From Halobacteriaceae archaeon (lineage in GTDB: Archaea; Halobacteriota; Halobacteria; Halobacteriales; Halobacteriaceae), in assembly GCA_042216675.1 (NCBI GenBank), contig JBDGTS010000055.1, positions 1 to 39,032 of the forward strand: DNA of 39,032 bases. The letters run 5' to 3'. Numbering within the stretch: the first letter of the stretch is position 1; each line of letters opens with the position of its first letter. Below the pieces are notes generated by a model. That model was not told the origin of the DNA, ran no database searches, and saw nothing but the letters and a program-made list of their open reading frames with translations. The position numbers were made by a program, and so were the translations under genes. Positions 1-9,556 of this stretch are shown here, piece by piece.

Positions 1-2
1 AC

Positions 3-191
3 CCCGACTCCTTCTTCGGGGACCCGACCCAGCCCATCGGCGGGAACATCTTGGGGCACACCTCCACGTTCCGCATCTACCTCCGGAAGTCCAAGAACGA
101 CAAGCGCATCGTGCGCCTCGTGGACGCGCCGAACCTCGCCGACGGCGAGGCCGTGATGCGCGTGCAGGACGGCGGTCTGAAGCCCGAATAA
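3..191 (+). CDS. radA: DNA repair and recombination protein RadA, C-terminal fragment (gene starts before the window)
   Basis: Manual translation from nt 3: [62 protein letters not shown], the typical archaeal RadA C-terminus. Confidence 0.95.
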   Translation, partial: PDSFFGDPTQPIGGNILGHTSTFRIYLRKSKNDKRIVRLVDAPNLADGEAVMRVQDGGLKPE

Positions 192-234
192 CCGCGCCGC
201 TCGGCGGCGCGTTCCGTACCGGAAAAATGGCCCC

Positions 235-651
235 TTATTCGGTGGACGTCTCGTCCACGTCGGCGTCGCCCCGGTAGATTTTCGCGCCGTCCTGCACGAC
301 TTTCTCGGCGAGGACGGCGCACTTGATACGCATCGGCGTCACCTCGATGCCGAGGATGTCGAGGACGTCCTCGCGGTCCATCTCCTCGACCTCGTCGAGG
401 GTCATCCCCGGCAGTTCCTGCGAGAGGAGGCTGGCCGAGGCCTGACTGATGGCACAGCCGTCGCCCGTGAACGCCGCCGTCTCGATCGTCTCCTCGTCGT
501 CGGCGAGGGTGACGTAGAACGTGAGTTCGTCGCCACAGGAGGTGTTGTGGCCGACGTGGGTGTACGTGGGATCCTCGAGTTCCCCGTAGTTGCGGGGGTT
601 CTTGTAGTGGTCGAGGATTTGCTGGCGGTACATGTCCGAGCCCATGCTCAT
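235..651 (-). CDS. sufU: SufU/IscU (NifU N-terminal) Fe-S scaffold / sulfur-transfer protein
   Basis: MYRQQILDHYKNPRNYG, NTSCGD, GDGCAISQAS and MRIKCA motifs (three conserved Cys); near sufS; start set at MSMGSD (651). Confidence 0.9.
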   Translation of the reverse strand: MSMGSDMYRQQILDHYKNPRNYGELEDPTYTHVGHNTSCGDELTFYVTLADDEETIETAAFTGDGCAISQASASLLSQELPGMTLDEVEEMDREDVLDILGIEVTPMRIKCAVLAEKVVQDGAKIYRGDADVDETSTE

Positions 652-696
652 GTTGCCCGCGGATAGGGGAACGAGGCGCAAAAGGCTTCCGGGGCG

Positions 697-1281
697 TCAG
701 ATTCGGCGGACAGCGGCGTAGAGCGCCGGGAGACCGGGAGGGAGCGCGAGGACGCCGAACCCCGCCGCCGCGGGGCGCGCCCACCGCGACTCCGCGACGG
801 CGAGGGCCGTCGCCGCGACGCCGAGCGTCGCCACGAGAGACGCCGCGTTGCTCCACGCCGGCGCGTACGTCGAACAGTAGCCCCAGCAGACGAACGTGTA
901 GGAGGGCGCGTTCCACGTCGGGGGGTGGAGTTTCGGCCAGACGAAGCGACAGTACGTCGTGAACGCGAGCATCGCGCCGGTCGGCACGGCGAGCAGCCAG
1001 CCGGTGCGCCCGCCGACGGCGTCACCGAACCGGCGAGGGCCCGTGACGACCAGCGCCGGCGCCGACGCGACGTAGAGCCAGATGCCGAGAGTGTAGGTCA
1101 CCGGCCAGTGCTCCACGCGCGGCTGTGTGTAGCCGACGCGGAGCGGGGCCGGGAGCGTCGCCCACGGGAACGAGGGGTCCGGAACCGGGTTCGTCACGAA
1201 GGCGACGGCGGTGAGGACGCTGGCGAGGGCGAACAGCCGGGGTCCGGCGCGCGCGAGGCGGTGAGCGGCCGGTCGTCGCAT
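697..1281 (-). CDS. Hypothetical membrane protein
   Basis: 194-aa ORF with several hydrophobic segments and W/P/C-rich loops (HPPTWNAPSYTFVCWGYC); fills the gap between sufS and sufU on the same strand. Confidence 0.65.
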   Translation of the reverse strand: MRRPAAHRLARAGPRLFALASVLTAVAFVTNPVPDPSFPWATLPAPLRVGYTQPRVEHWPVTYTLGIWLYVASAPALVVTGPRRFGDAVGGRTGWLLAVPTGAMLAFTTYCRFVWPKLHPPTWNAPSYTFVCWGYCSTYAPAWSNAASLVATLGVAATALAVAESRWARPAAAGFGVLALPPGLPALYAAVRRI

Positions 1282-1367
1282 GGCCGGCTGTACACACCGC
1301 TCGGTCTTCGCGGTTCTGCTTCAGAATCCAAACCGAATCGGGGGCCGGGTCGTGGAATCGAACCCCG

Positions 1368-2612
1368 TCAGGCGAAGATGTCGATGGCGTTCTCGACGCC
1401 CTCGACGAGCGTGTCGACTTCCTCGCGGGTGTTGTAGAGGTAGAAGGAGGCCCGCGCGGAGGCGGCGACGTCGAGGCTGTCGTGGAGCGGTTGGGTGCAG
1501 TGGTCGCCGGCGCGGATGGCGACGCCCACGTCGTTGAGAATCGAAGAGAGGTCGTGGGCGTGGATGCCGTCGACGTTGAACGCGACGAGGCCCGAGCGCT
1601 CGTCGGCGGGCGGGCCGTAGATGTCGACGTCGTCGATTTCGTCGAGTCGCTCGTAGGCGTAGCGGGCCAGTTGCTCCTCGTGTCGCTGGATGCGCTCCAA
1701 CCCCACGTCGTCGAGGTAGTCCGCGGCCTCGGCGAGAGCGATGCCCTCCGCGATGACGGGCGTGCCGGCCTCGTACTTCCACGGCAGTTCGTTCCACGTG
1801 CTGTCCGCGAAGGTGACGGACTCGATCATCTCGCCGCCGTAGAGGAACGGCTCCATGGATTCGAGGAGGTCTCGACGGCCGTAGAGACAGCCGATGCCCG
1901 TGGGACCGGCCATCTTGTGCCCGGAGAAGGCGTAGAAGTCCACGCCCAGTTCTTTCACGTCGACTGGGCGGTTCGGCACCGCCTGCGCGCCGTCGGCGAA
2001 GATGAGCGCGTCCTGTTCGTGGGCGAGGTCCGCGAGTTCGCCGATTGGGTTCACCGTGCCGAGGACGTTCGAGACGTGGACGGCCGACACCATCGCGGTG
2101 TCCGGGCCGATGGTCTCGCGGGCGTCGTCCACGTCGAGGCGGCCCTCGTCGTCGAGGCCGACGTAGCGCACCTCGGCGCCCGTGCGCTCGGCGATCTGCT
2201 GCCACGTCACCAGCGAGGCGTGGTGCTCCATCTCCGTGAGGACCACCTCGTCGCCGGGGCCGAGTTCGTGCAGTCCCCACGCGTACGCCACGAGGTTGAT
2301 GCTCTCGGTGGTGTTCTTCGTGAATATCATCTCCTCGCGGCCCTCGGCGCCGACGAACTCCGCGAGTCGGTCGTGGGCCTCCTCGTACGCGACGGAGGCC
2401 TCTTGACTCAGGTGGTGGATGCCGCGGTGGACGTTGGCGTTGACGTTGCGGTAGTAGTCGCTGACGACGTCGATGACCTGTTCGGGCGTCTGTGTGGTGG
2501 CGGCGTTGTCGAGGTAGACGACCTGTCGGTCGTCGCCGACGCGCCGTTGGAGAATGGGAAAGTCGGCGCGCAGACGCTCGACGTCGAGCGGACTCGATTC
2601 CGTTGCTTCCAT
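1368..2612 (-). CDS. sufS: SufS-type (group II) cysteine desulfurase
   Basis: YLDNAATTQ, DGAQ, PLP-lysine motif FSGHKM, catalytic RAGDHC. Confidence 0.95.
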   Translation of the reverse strand: MEATESSPLDVERLRADFPILQRRVGDDRQVVYLDNAATTQTPEQVIDVVSDYYRNVNANVHRGIHHLSQEASVAYEEAHDRLAEFVGAEGREEMIFTKNTTESINLVAYAWGLHELGPGDEVVLTEMEHHASLVTWQQIAERTGAEVRYVGLDDEGRLDVDDARETIGPDTAMVSAVHVSNVLGTVNPIGELADLAHEQDALIFADGAQAVPNRPVDVKELGVDFYAFSGHKMAGPTGIGCLYGRRDLLESMEPFLYGGEMIESVTFADSTWNELPWKYEAGTPVIAEGIALAEAADYLDDVGLERIQRHEEQLARYAYERLDEIDDVDIYGPPADERSGLVAFNVDGIHAHDLSSILNDVGVAIRAGDHCTQPLHDSLDVAASARASFYLYNTREEVDTLVEGVENAIDIFA

Positions 2613-2671
2613 CGACTCGATTTAAGTCTCGGAGCCACAACACTCCTTCGGTCAGGCGAGCGTTGCCGGCG

Positions 2672-2962
2672 TCAGAGACGCAGGAACTGGGCGTGGAGCG
2701 TCCCGTCCACGTCGAGGACGTTCGCCTCGTCGACGAAGCCCTCCTCGATGGCGAGTTCCACAGCCTCGGTGCCGACGAGGTTCGCGACGGACGCGTCGGC
2801 GAGAGAGGCGACGACTTGCTCGCGGGTCACCTGCTCACCGCCGTAGAACTGCTCGGTGACGGTGAGCGACACCGCACCGTTCTCGAACGTCTCGCCGATG
2901 AGGCCGTCGTCACAGACGGCGACGAGGCGACCCCGGTCCGTGGCGCGTTCCGAGAGTATCAT
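2672..2962 (-). CDS. DUF424-like protein
   Basis: LVAVCDDGLIG...FYGGE...NLVG...AIEEG pattern of the archaeal DUF424 family; ATGA overlap with the upstream TPR gene. Confidence 0.8.
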   Translation of the reverse strand: MILSERATDRGRLVAVCDDGLIGETFENGAVSLTVTEQFYGGEQVTREQVVASLADASVANLVGTEAVELAIEEGFVDEANVLDVDGTLHAQFLRL

Positions 2963-3693
2963 CCGACAAGTTCGCTCTCCTGTCGCTCCCGGATGGCCTG
3001 TGCGCGTTCGGCGGCCTCGGCGGCGGCCTCCTCGCGGCCCAGTTCCTCGAGGGCGCGGGCCTTCTCCTCGAACACGTCGGCCTGCCGGAACTCGAGGCGA
3101 ATGGCATTATCCAGACAGTCCGCGGCCTCCTCGTGGCGGCCCTGCTCGTTCTCGATGAAGCCGAGGTTGTACCACGCCTGTCCGAGTCGGTCGTCCTCGC
3201 GGACGGCCGCCTCGGCGTGCTCGTAGGCCTCGGTCGTCTCGCCGAACTCCCAGAGTGCGTAGGCGAGGTTCGTGTGCGCCTCCGCGGCGAAGGGGCCCTC
3301 CTCGGCGACGTTGAGGGCCGCGCGGTGAGCGTCGATGGCGGCGTCCCACTCTTCGAGTTCGGCGTGGCCGATGCCCTTGTTCACCCACGCCTCCTGTTCG
3401 AGGGCGTCGTCCTCGGCGAAGCGCGCCGCACGTTCGAAGGCGTCGGTGGCCTGTTCGTGGCGGTTGATGCCCATGTAGTCGAGGCCGACGTCGATGAGGC
3501 TGTCGGCGTCCACCTCCTCTTTCGGGAAGTGGCTGTCGTCGAGGAGGTCCGCGACGACGCGGGCGTCGACTGGGTCGACCTCGTCGGGGTCGACGTCGAG
3601 TTCCGGCGGGTCGAGGTCGAAGCCCTCGTACGGGTCGTCGAAGCCGGGGCCCGACGAGAACTCGTGGGGGTCGCGCTCGGGGTCGTCGGTCAT
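2959..3693 (-). CDS. Tetratricopeptide repeat protein
   Basis: Start MTDDPERD (3693); repeated TPR units AWVNKG, AHTNLAYAL, AWYNLG, EKARAL. Confidence 0.85.
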   Translation of the reverse strand: MTDDPERDPHEFSSGPGFDDPYEGFDLDPPELDVDPDEVDPVDARVVADLLDDSHFPKEEVDADSLIDVGLDYMGINRHEQATDAFERAARFAEDDALEQEAWVNKGIGHAELEEWDAAIDAHRAALNVAEEGPFAAEAHTNLAYALWEFGETTEAYEHAEAAVREDDRLGQAWYNLGFIENEQGRHEEAADCLDNAIRLEFRQADVFEEKARALEELGREEAAAEAAERAQAIRERQESELVG

Positions 3694-3747
3694 GCGTCCC
3701 GGTTTGGGGAGGCGCGGAGTTAAGCCCACCGCACCCGAAGCGGCGGT

Positions 3748-4308
3748 ATGCGGCTGTTCGTCAGCGTCGACCTCCCGGCGCGACTCGCAGACGACGTGGC
3801 AGCGGTACAGGACGCGCTCAGAGACGCCTCTGGGCTCCGCTTCACCGACCCCGCACAGGCACACGTGACGCTCGCCTTCCTCGGCGACGTGGCCGAGGAC
3901 GAGGTGCCCGACATCGAGGACGCCCTCGACAGGGCGGTCGAGCGGGCCGAAGTGACGCCGTTCGAGGCCACCGTCGGCGGCCTCGGCGTGTTCCCGAGCC
4001 TGGACTACATCAGCGTCGTCTGGGTCGGCTTCGAGGACGGCGGCGAACAGTTGGGGCGCCTCCACGACGCCGTGGAGGCCGAACTGGAGCCGCTGGGCTT
4101 CGAACCCGAGGACCGCGATTTCACGCCCCACGTCACGATCGCGCGGATGGACCACGCGGGCGGGAAGGACCTCGTGCAGGAGGTGGTCGAGGAGCAGTCG
4201 CCCACCGTCGGCGAGATGACCGTCGCGGAGATTCGGCTGACCGAGAGTACCCTCACGGACGGCGGCCCGGTGTATTCGACGGTGTCGAGCGCGTCGTTAC
4301 CGGCGTAG
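3748..4308 (+). CDS. thpR: RNA 2',3'-cyclic phosphodiesterase (LigT/ThpR, 2H family)
   Basis: MRLFVSV start and two HxT motifs ([15 protein letters not shown]). Confidence 0.92.
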   Translation: MRLFVSVDLPARLADDVAAVQDALRDASGLRFTDPAQAHVTLAFLGDVAEDEVPDIEDALDRAVERAEVTPFEATVGGLGVFPSLDYISVVWVGFEDGGEQLGRLHDAVEAELEPLGFEPEDRDFTPHVTIARMDHAGGKDLVQEVVEEQSPTVGEMTVAEIRLTESTLTDGGPVYSTVSSASLPA

Positions 4309-4357
4309 CGGCGAGATGGACAGGATTTTATGCCCCGCGTCGGTACTGACGCCCACT

Positions 4358-4510
4358 ATGGGCAAGAAGTCGAAGGCCATGAAGAAGCGACTGGCCAAGC
4401 TGGAGCGGCAGAACAGCCGCGTCCCGGCGTGGGTGATGATGAAGACGAACCGCGACGTTCAGCGCAACCCCAAGCGCCGCCACTGGCGGCGTAACGACAC
4501 GGACGAATGA
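4358..4510 (+). CDS. rpl39e: 50S ribosomal protein L39e
   Basis: [30 protein letters not shown]...RHWRR; 50 aa. Confidence 0.97.
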   Translation: MGKKSKAMKKRLAKLERQNSRVPAWVMMKTNRDVQRNPKRRHWRRNDTDE

Positions 4511-4785
4511 GCGCCGAATTCGAGGAGCGCGTCATGACCGTGCCCCTCCGCGACGCGCTCGCCGCACCCAAGCACGAGCGAGCCGACAAGGCGATGTCGC
4601 TCATCCGCGAGCACCTCGCCCAGCACTTCAACGCGCCCGAGGACGCCGTGCGCCTCGACCCCTCCATCAACGAGGCCGTCTGGGCGCAGAGCCGGAAGAA
4701 CCCGCCGAGCAAGCTCCGCGTCCGCGCCGCCCGCTTCGAGGAGGAGGGCGAGCCGGTCGTGGAGGCCGAACACGCGGACGCGTAG
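4507..4785 (+). CDS. rpl31e: 50S ribosomal protein L31e
   Basis: ERVMTVPLR...RADKAM...[12 protein letters not shown]...PPSKLRVRA; ATGA overlap with rpl39e. Confidence 0.96.
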   Translation: MSAEFEERVMTVPLRDALAAPKHERADKAMSLIREHLAQHFNAPEDAVRLDPSINEAVWAQSRKNPPSKLRVRAARFEEEGEPVVEAEHADA

Positions 4786-4791
4786 GGACGC

Positions 4792-5457
4792 GTGCTCCGC
4801 GCTACCTTTATCGGATCGCCGTACGTCGGCGTGTTCGCCCGTGCGACGAACGACGACGTGTTCATCAGGCCCGACCTCGACGACGACCTGACCGAGAGCA
4901 TCGGCGACGAACTCGACGCCGACGTGGTGCGAACGACCGTCGGTGGCTCCGCCACCGTCGGGTCGCTCGCCGTCGGCAACGAGAACGGCCTGCTGGTGAG
5001 CAGTCGCATCCGCGACACCGAGCGCGAGCGTCTCGCCGACGCCACGGACCGCCCGGTCCACGCGCTCCCCGGACGGGTCAACGCCGCCGGGAACGTCGTC
5101 CTCGCGAACGACGCGGGCGCCTACGTCCACCCGGACCTCACGCGCGAGGCGGTCCAGACGGTGCAGGACGCACTCGACGTGCCGGTGACGCGGGGCACCA
5201 TCGGCGACGTGCAGACGGTCGGTACGGCCGCGGTGGCGACGAACGACGGCGTCCTCTGCCACCCGAAGGCCACCGACGACGAACTCGACGCCGTCGAGGA
5301 GGCCCTCGGCGTGCGCGCGGACGTGGGCACCATCAACTACGGCGGCCCGCTCGTCGGGTCGGGACTGGTCGCCAACGACGCCGGCTACGTCGTCGGCGAG
5401 GAGACGACCGGCCCCGAACTCGGCCGCATCGAGGAAGCGCTTGGCTACCTCGACTGA
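4792..5457 (+). CDS. eif6: Translation initiation factor aIF-6
   Basis: [47 protein letters not shown]; conserved position after rpl31e; GTG start. Confidence 0.95.
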   Translation: MLRATFIGSPYVGVFARATNDDVFIRPDLDDDLTESIGDELDADVVRTTVGGSATVGSLAVGNENGLLVSSRIRDTERERLADATDRPVHALPGRVNAAGNVVLANDAGAYVHPDLTREAVQTVQDALDVPVTRGTIGDVQTVGTAAVATNDGVLCHPKATDDELDAVEEALGVRADVGTINYGGPLVGSGLVANDAGYVVGEETTGPELGRIEEALGYLD

Positions 5458-5507
5458 GCAATCTTGTAGTAGGAAGATTCTTCCGGCTCGGCCCGCCGTC
5501 TAGAGAC

Positions 5508-5966
5508 ATGAGCTTAGGCGGCGGTCAAGGCCAACAGCAGATGCAGGAACTGCAGCAGCAAATCGAGGCCCTCGGCGAGGAGATCGAGGAGCTGGAAGCG
5601 GAAATCGAGGAGATGCAGGCCGAGAAGGCCGAAATCGACGAGGCCATCGAGGCCCTCGAGAACATCGAGACGGACGAGGAGATTCTCGTGCCCGTCGGCG
5701 GGGGCGCTCGCGTCCGCGCCGAAGTCGACAACATTCAGGAGGTCATCGTCTCGCTGGGCGGCGGCTACGCGGCCGAGGAGGGCCGCGACGGCGCCATCGA
5801 GACGCTGGAGGGCAAGCAGGACACCCTCGACGAGCGCATCGACGAGGTCCAAGAGGAGATCGGCGAGGTCGAGTCCCAGCGCTCGCAGCTCGAACAGCAG
5901 GCCCAGCAGGCCCAACAGCAGATGATGCAGCAGATGCAACAGCAACAGCAGGGTCAGGGCGAATAA
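5508..5966 (+). CDS. pfdA: Prefoldin subunit alpha
   Basis: Coiled coils flanking ILVPVGGG and VSLGGGY beta-hairpins; Gln-rich termini. Confidence 0.93.
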   Translation: MSLGGGQGQQQMQELQQQIEALGEEIEELEAEIEEMQAEKAEIDEAIEALENIETDEEILVPVGGGARVRAEVDNIQEVIVSLGGGYAAEEGRDGAIETLEGKQDTLDERIDEVQEEIGEVESQRSQLEQQAQQAQQQMMQQMQQQQQGQGE

Positions 5967-5976
5967 CGCGACGACG

Positions 5977-7062
5977 ATGTTCGACGGGCTGAAGGACAAA
6001 CTCGGCCGGTTCCGCGACGACGTCGAGGAGTCCGCCGAGGAGGAAGCAGACGAAGCGCCAGCGGCGGAACCGGAAGCGGCCGACGCCGAGGCGGAGGCGG
6101 ACGCGGAGGCTGAGGCCGACGCCGAACCGGAGCCCGATACCGAGGCCGGGGACGAAGCGGCCGACGCCGAGGAGGGGCGCTCGCTCGGCGAGCGGGCGAA
6201 ACTGTTCGCCACGGGCAAGACGGTCATCGACGAGTCGGACCTCGAAGGCCCGCTCGACGACCTCGAACTCGCGTTGCTCTCCAGCGACGTGGAGATGGAG
6301 GTGGCCGACGCGATTCTCGATCAGGTGCGCGAGAACCTCGTGAACACGACTCGCGCCCGCGGCGAGTCCGTGGGCGACGTGGTGGAGGAGGCGCTCTCGG
6401 AGGCACTGGTCGAGGTGATGAGCGTCGGCCAGTTCGACTTCGACCAGCGCATCGCGGACGCCGAGAAGCCGGTCACCATCGTCTTCACCGGCGTGAACGG
6501 CGTCGGGAAGACGACGACCATCGCCAAACTCGCCAAGCGCCTCGAATCGCAGGGCTTCTCGACGGTGCTTGCGAACGGCGACACGTACCGGGCCGGCGCG
6601 AACGAGCAGCTCCGCGAACACGCGGAGAATCTGGACCTCGACGTCATCACCCACGAGCAAGGGGGCGACCCGGCGGCAGTCATCTACGACGCCGTCGAGT
6701 ACGCCAACGCGAACGACGTGGACGTGGTGCTCGGCGACACCGCGGGACGCCTCCACACCAGCGAGGGCCTGATGGCGCAACTGGAGAAAATCGGCCGCGT
6801 CGTCGACCCCGACATGACGCTGTTCGTCGACGAGGCGGTGGCCGGGCAGGACGCGGTCAACCGCGCCCGGGAGTTCGACGACGCGATGGAGATGGACGGG
6901 GCCGTCCTCACGAAGGCCGACGCCGACGCCGACGGCGGCGCCGCAATCTCGATTGCCCACGTCACCGGGACGCCCGTCGTCTTCTTGGGCACCGGACAGG
7001 GCTACGACGACCTCGACGTATTCGACCCCGAGGAGATGGTCGCGGCCCTGTTCGAGGAGTAG
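5977..7062 (+). CDS. ftsY: Signal recognition particle receptor FtsY
   Basis: MFDGLK start, acidic A-domain, GVNGVGKTTT, DTYRAGA, DTAGR, TKAD GTPase motifs. Confidence 0.96.
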   Translation: MFDGLKDKLGRFRDDVEESAEEEADEAPAAEPEAADAEAEADAEAEADAEPEPDTEAGDEAADAEEGRSLGERAKLFATGKTVIDESDLEGPLDDLELALLSSDVEMEVADAILDQVRENLVNTTRARGESVGDVVEEALSEALVEVMSVGQFDFDQRIADAEKPVTIVFTGVNGVGKTTTIAKLAKRLESQGFSTVLANGDTYRAGANEQLREHAENLDLDVITHEQGGDPAAVIYDAVEYANANDVDVVLGDTAGRLHTSEGLMAQLEKIGRVVDPDMTLFVDEAVAGQDAVNRAREFDDAMEMDGAVLTKADADADGGAAISIAHVTGTPVVFLGTGQGYDDLDVFDPEEMVAALFEE

Positions 7063-7479
7063 TCACTCTAACTGCCGTTCCGGCGGCGCGGCGTCGACGA
7101 GTTCGACGGCGAGTTCCGTCCCGTCGCGGCGGTACGCGACGACGTTCTCCCGCTCCCACGGCGGCACGGCGACCAGCACCCGCGCCGCGAGGTCGTCGCG
7201 CCGCGAGATGTCCGGGTCGCCCGCCGGATGCGAGAGGAAGCGGGCACCGCCCCGCGTCGGCGGCGTCCCGAGGTCGATACCGAACACGTTCCGAATCGAG
7301 CGCCCGGCGTCGGGGAAGTAGAAGTCGGCGAAGACGGGCGTCTCCGGCGGCAGGTCCGCCCAGTCGTCGGCGGGCGAGGAGACGAGCGACACGGTCACGG
7401 GGTTCGGGTCGGCGTCGCGGGCGAACGTGAGCAATACGTCCAGCAAGCCCGCCGTCACGAAGACGCGGTCACGGGTCAC
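7063..7479 (-). CDS. Hypothetical protein with a degenerate MPN/JAMM-like motif
   Basis: 138 aa, acidic; FLSHPAGDPDISRRD fits the H-x7-S-x2-D spacing of JAMM but lacks the first His. Confidence 0.7.
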   Translation of the reverse strand: MTRDRVFVTAGLLDVLLTFARDADPNPVTVSLVSSPADDWADLPPETPVFADFYFPDAGRSIRNVFGIDLGTPPTRGGARFLSHPAGDPDISRRDDLAARVLVAVPPWERENVVAYRRDGTELAVELVDAAPPERQLE

Positions 7480-7509
7480 GGGTCACGTAGGGGAGCCACG
7501 GACAAGACG

Positions 7510-9459
7510 TTACTCCCACGTCACGGCGTCCAGCGACACGTCCTCGAAGACGGCGGTGGCGGACTCGCCGTCGTCGTGGCTACACACCGCGAGGCCGTAG
7601 AGCGCTCGCTCCCCGAGCGGAACGGTCTGCTCGTCGAGTGCCTCCCAGTTCTCGCCGTCGGCGGAGCGGAACACCGTCACCGTGTCGCCCGAGCGTTTGA
7701 GGCGGAACCAACAGGGGAGCGTCGTCTCGCTTTCGAACGTTCGACTCTGGGTGCCGGCGTCCTGCTCCAGTTGCCACAGCGTCTCGGCGCCCTCGCCGAG
7801 CGTCGTCCCGACGTAGGCGTGGGGTGCGCCCTCGTCGAGGCCGTCGCGGACGATGAGACCGGTCTTTGCCTTTCCCTTTTGGGCCTCGAAGTCAGCGACG
7901 CGGGCCACCATGTCGGCGTCGCCGGTGACGGCGCCGTACACGAAGTAGAACTCGTTGACGGTGCGCCAGAGGTTGCGACCCGTCCCCGTCACGATCCACC
8001 GGCCGTCCTCGGTGTGGGCGTCACCGTCGGCGAACTCCCCGACGGCGGTGGCGCTGTCGAGCGTGACCGGCCGGCGGTCGGCGGAGACCGTGCCCGGGCG
8101 CGTGACGACGAGGGAGTCCCGAAACTCGAAGCGGGCGCCACCCGAGTCGCTCTCCTCGGCGCGGAACTGCCAGCCGTGGCGGTCCGCGATGGTGCGGACG
8201 ATGTTCAGGCCGAGGCCGCCGGTGTCGAACTCGCCGGTGTTGAGTCGCTGGCGGAGGTCCGGCGGGAGGCCGGGGCCGTCGTCGGCGACGTAAAAGCCGC
8301 CGTCGACGAGGCCGACGGTGATGGTCACGTCCGAGCCAACGTGTTCCACTGCGTTGCGAAACAGGTTCTCCAACACCTGCTGGAGGGGGCCCTCGTCGGC
8401 GCGCACGAGTTCGTCTTCGACCCTGACGTGCAGGGTGGCCCCGCCCGTCTCGACGGTGTCCCACGCCGCCCGCGCCGCGTCCGCGATGGAAATCGGCGCC
8501 TCGTCGGCGACGCTGTGACTCTCGCGGGTGAGGCGCACGAGGTCGTCGATGATTTCGTCGATGCGGTCGAGTGACTGCTCGACGGCGTCGAAGTGGGCCG
8601 GGTCCCCGCTCTCGCGCGCCAGCGCGAGGTTGCCGTTCGCGACGTTCAGCGGGTTGCGGAGGTCGTGGGTGACGACGCTCGCGAACTTCGATAGGAGTTC
8701 GTTCTTGCGCCTGAGTTCCTGTTGGGTCTCCTGAAACCCCGTGACGTCCTGCGTGAAGCCGACGAGGCCCCGCAGCGAGCCGTCGCCGTCGTACCACGGG
8801 TATTTCCACGAGCGGATCCATCCCGCCTCGTGGTCGTCGATGTCACTCGCGTCCACCTCGTAGCGGCTCAGGACCCCCTCCATCGGCGTCTCGCGGTCGA
8901 GGACCGACTCGTCCTCGCGTTCGATGACCGCCGAGCGTGGCTCGTCGAACAGGTCCGTCTCGCGTTCGCCCACGGCGTCGTGGCGGATAGTCTTCGTCGA
9001 ACGGAGGTGGCGGGCCTCGTCGTCTTTGGCGTAGATTTCGAAGGGCGCGTGTCGGAGCAGTTCGGAGAGGATGTCGCTCTCCAGATTCAGCGTGCGGCGT
9101 CGCCGTCCGACCGGAATCGCGTCCGCGACGGCCTCGGCGACGGCGTCGGGACCGCGGGTTCGTGGGACGTAGCGGTCGGCCCCCGCCGCGACGGCGTCGG
9201 CGGCGAGGGCGTCGTCCCCGTCGGCGACACAGACGAGGGGCACCGCTTCGTCAGCGGTGCGGACGCGCCCCGCGAACTGTGCCGCGTCGACCCCGGGCGG
9301 GTCGTGAGCCGCGACGACGGCGGCGGCACTCCCGGTTCGCTCGGCGGCGGCGTCGGGGTCGACGGTCGACACGGACGCGACGGAGTCGCGAGACGCGACT
9401 GCCGAGCGCTCGGCGTCGGAGAGACCAACTGCGTACACGACCCCCTCGTCCGTCTGCAT
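7510..9459 (-). CDS. Soluble sensor histidine kinase: degenerate receiver - PAS - HisKA - HATPase - C-terminal lectin-like (DUF1349-type) domain
   Basis: H-box [11 protein letters not shown]-box [10 protein letters not shown]1 ADDGPG, G2 GLGL; PAS-PAC (IYAKD...KYPWYDGDG...GFTQDVT); extra ~175-aa beta-rich C-terminus. Confidence 0.88.
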   Translation of the reverse strand: MQTDEGVVYAVGLSDAERSAVASRDSVASVSTVDPDAAAERTGSAAAVVAAHDPPGVDAAQFAGRVRTADEAVPLVCVADGDDALAADAVAAGADRYVPRTRGPDAVAEAVADAIPVGRRRRTLNLESDILSELLRHAPFEIYAKDDEARHLRSTKTIRHDAVGERETDLFDEPRSAVIEREDESVLDRETPMEGVLSRYEVDASDIDDHEAGWIRSWKYPWYDGDGSLRGLVGFTQDVTGFQETQQELRRKNELLSKFASVVTHDLRNPLNVANGNLALARESGDPAHFDAVEQSLDRIDEIIDDLVRLTRESHSVADEAPISIADAARAAWDTVETGGATLHVRVEDELVRADEGPLQQVLENLFRNAVEHVGSDVTITVGLVDGGFYVADDGPGLPPDLRQRLNTGEFDTGGLGLNIVRTIADRHGWQFRAEESDSGGARFEFRDSLVVTRPGTVSADRRPVTLDSATAVGEFADGDAHTEDGRWIVTGTGRNLWRTVNEFYFVYGAVTGDADMVARVADFEAQKGKAKTGLIVRDGLDEGAPHAYVGTTLGEGAETLWQLEQDAGTQSRTFESETTLPCWFRLKRSGDTVTVFRSADGENWEALDEQTVPLGERALYGLAVCSHDDGESATAVFEDVSLDAVTWE

Positions 9460-9556
9460 TACCCATACGTGTAGTATAGTCCATCATAAAGGCAGGTGTC
9501 AGCTGGGGTGCAGGGAGACAAAGCCCTTTAACCGCCGCCGCCCATACAGATGTCAA

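Noticed and set aside
5880-6180. Gln-rich PfdA tail and Ala/Glu/Asp repeats in the FtsY N-terminus
   Set aside because: Ordinary low-complexity segments of haloarchaeal PfdA and FtsY, not independent repeat elements.
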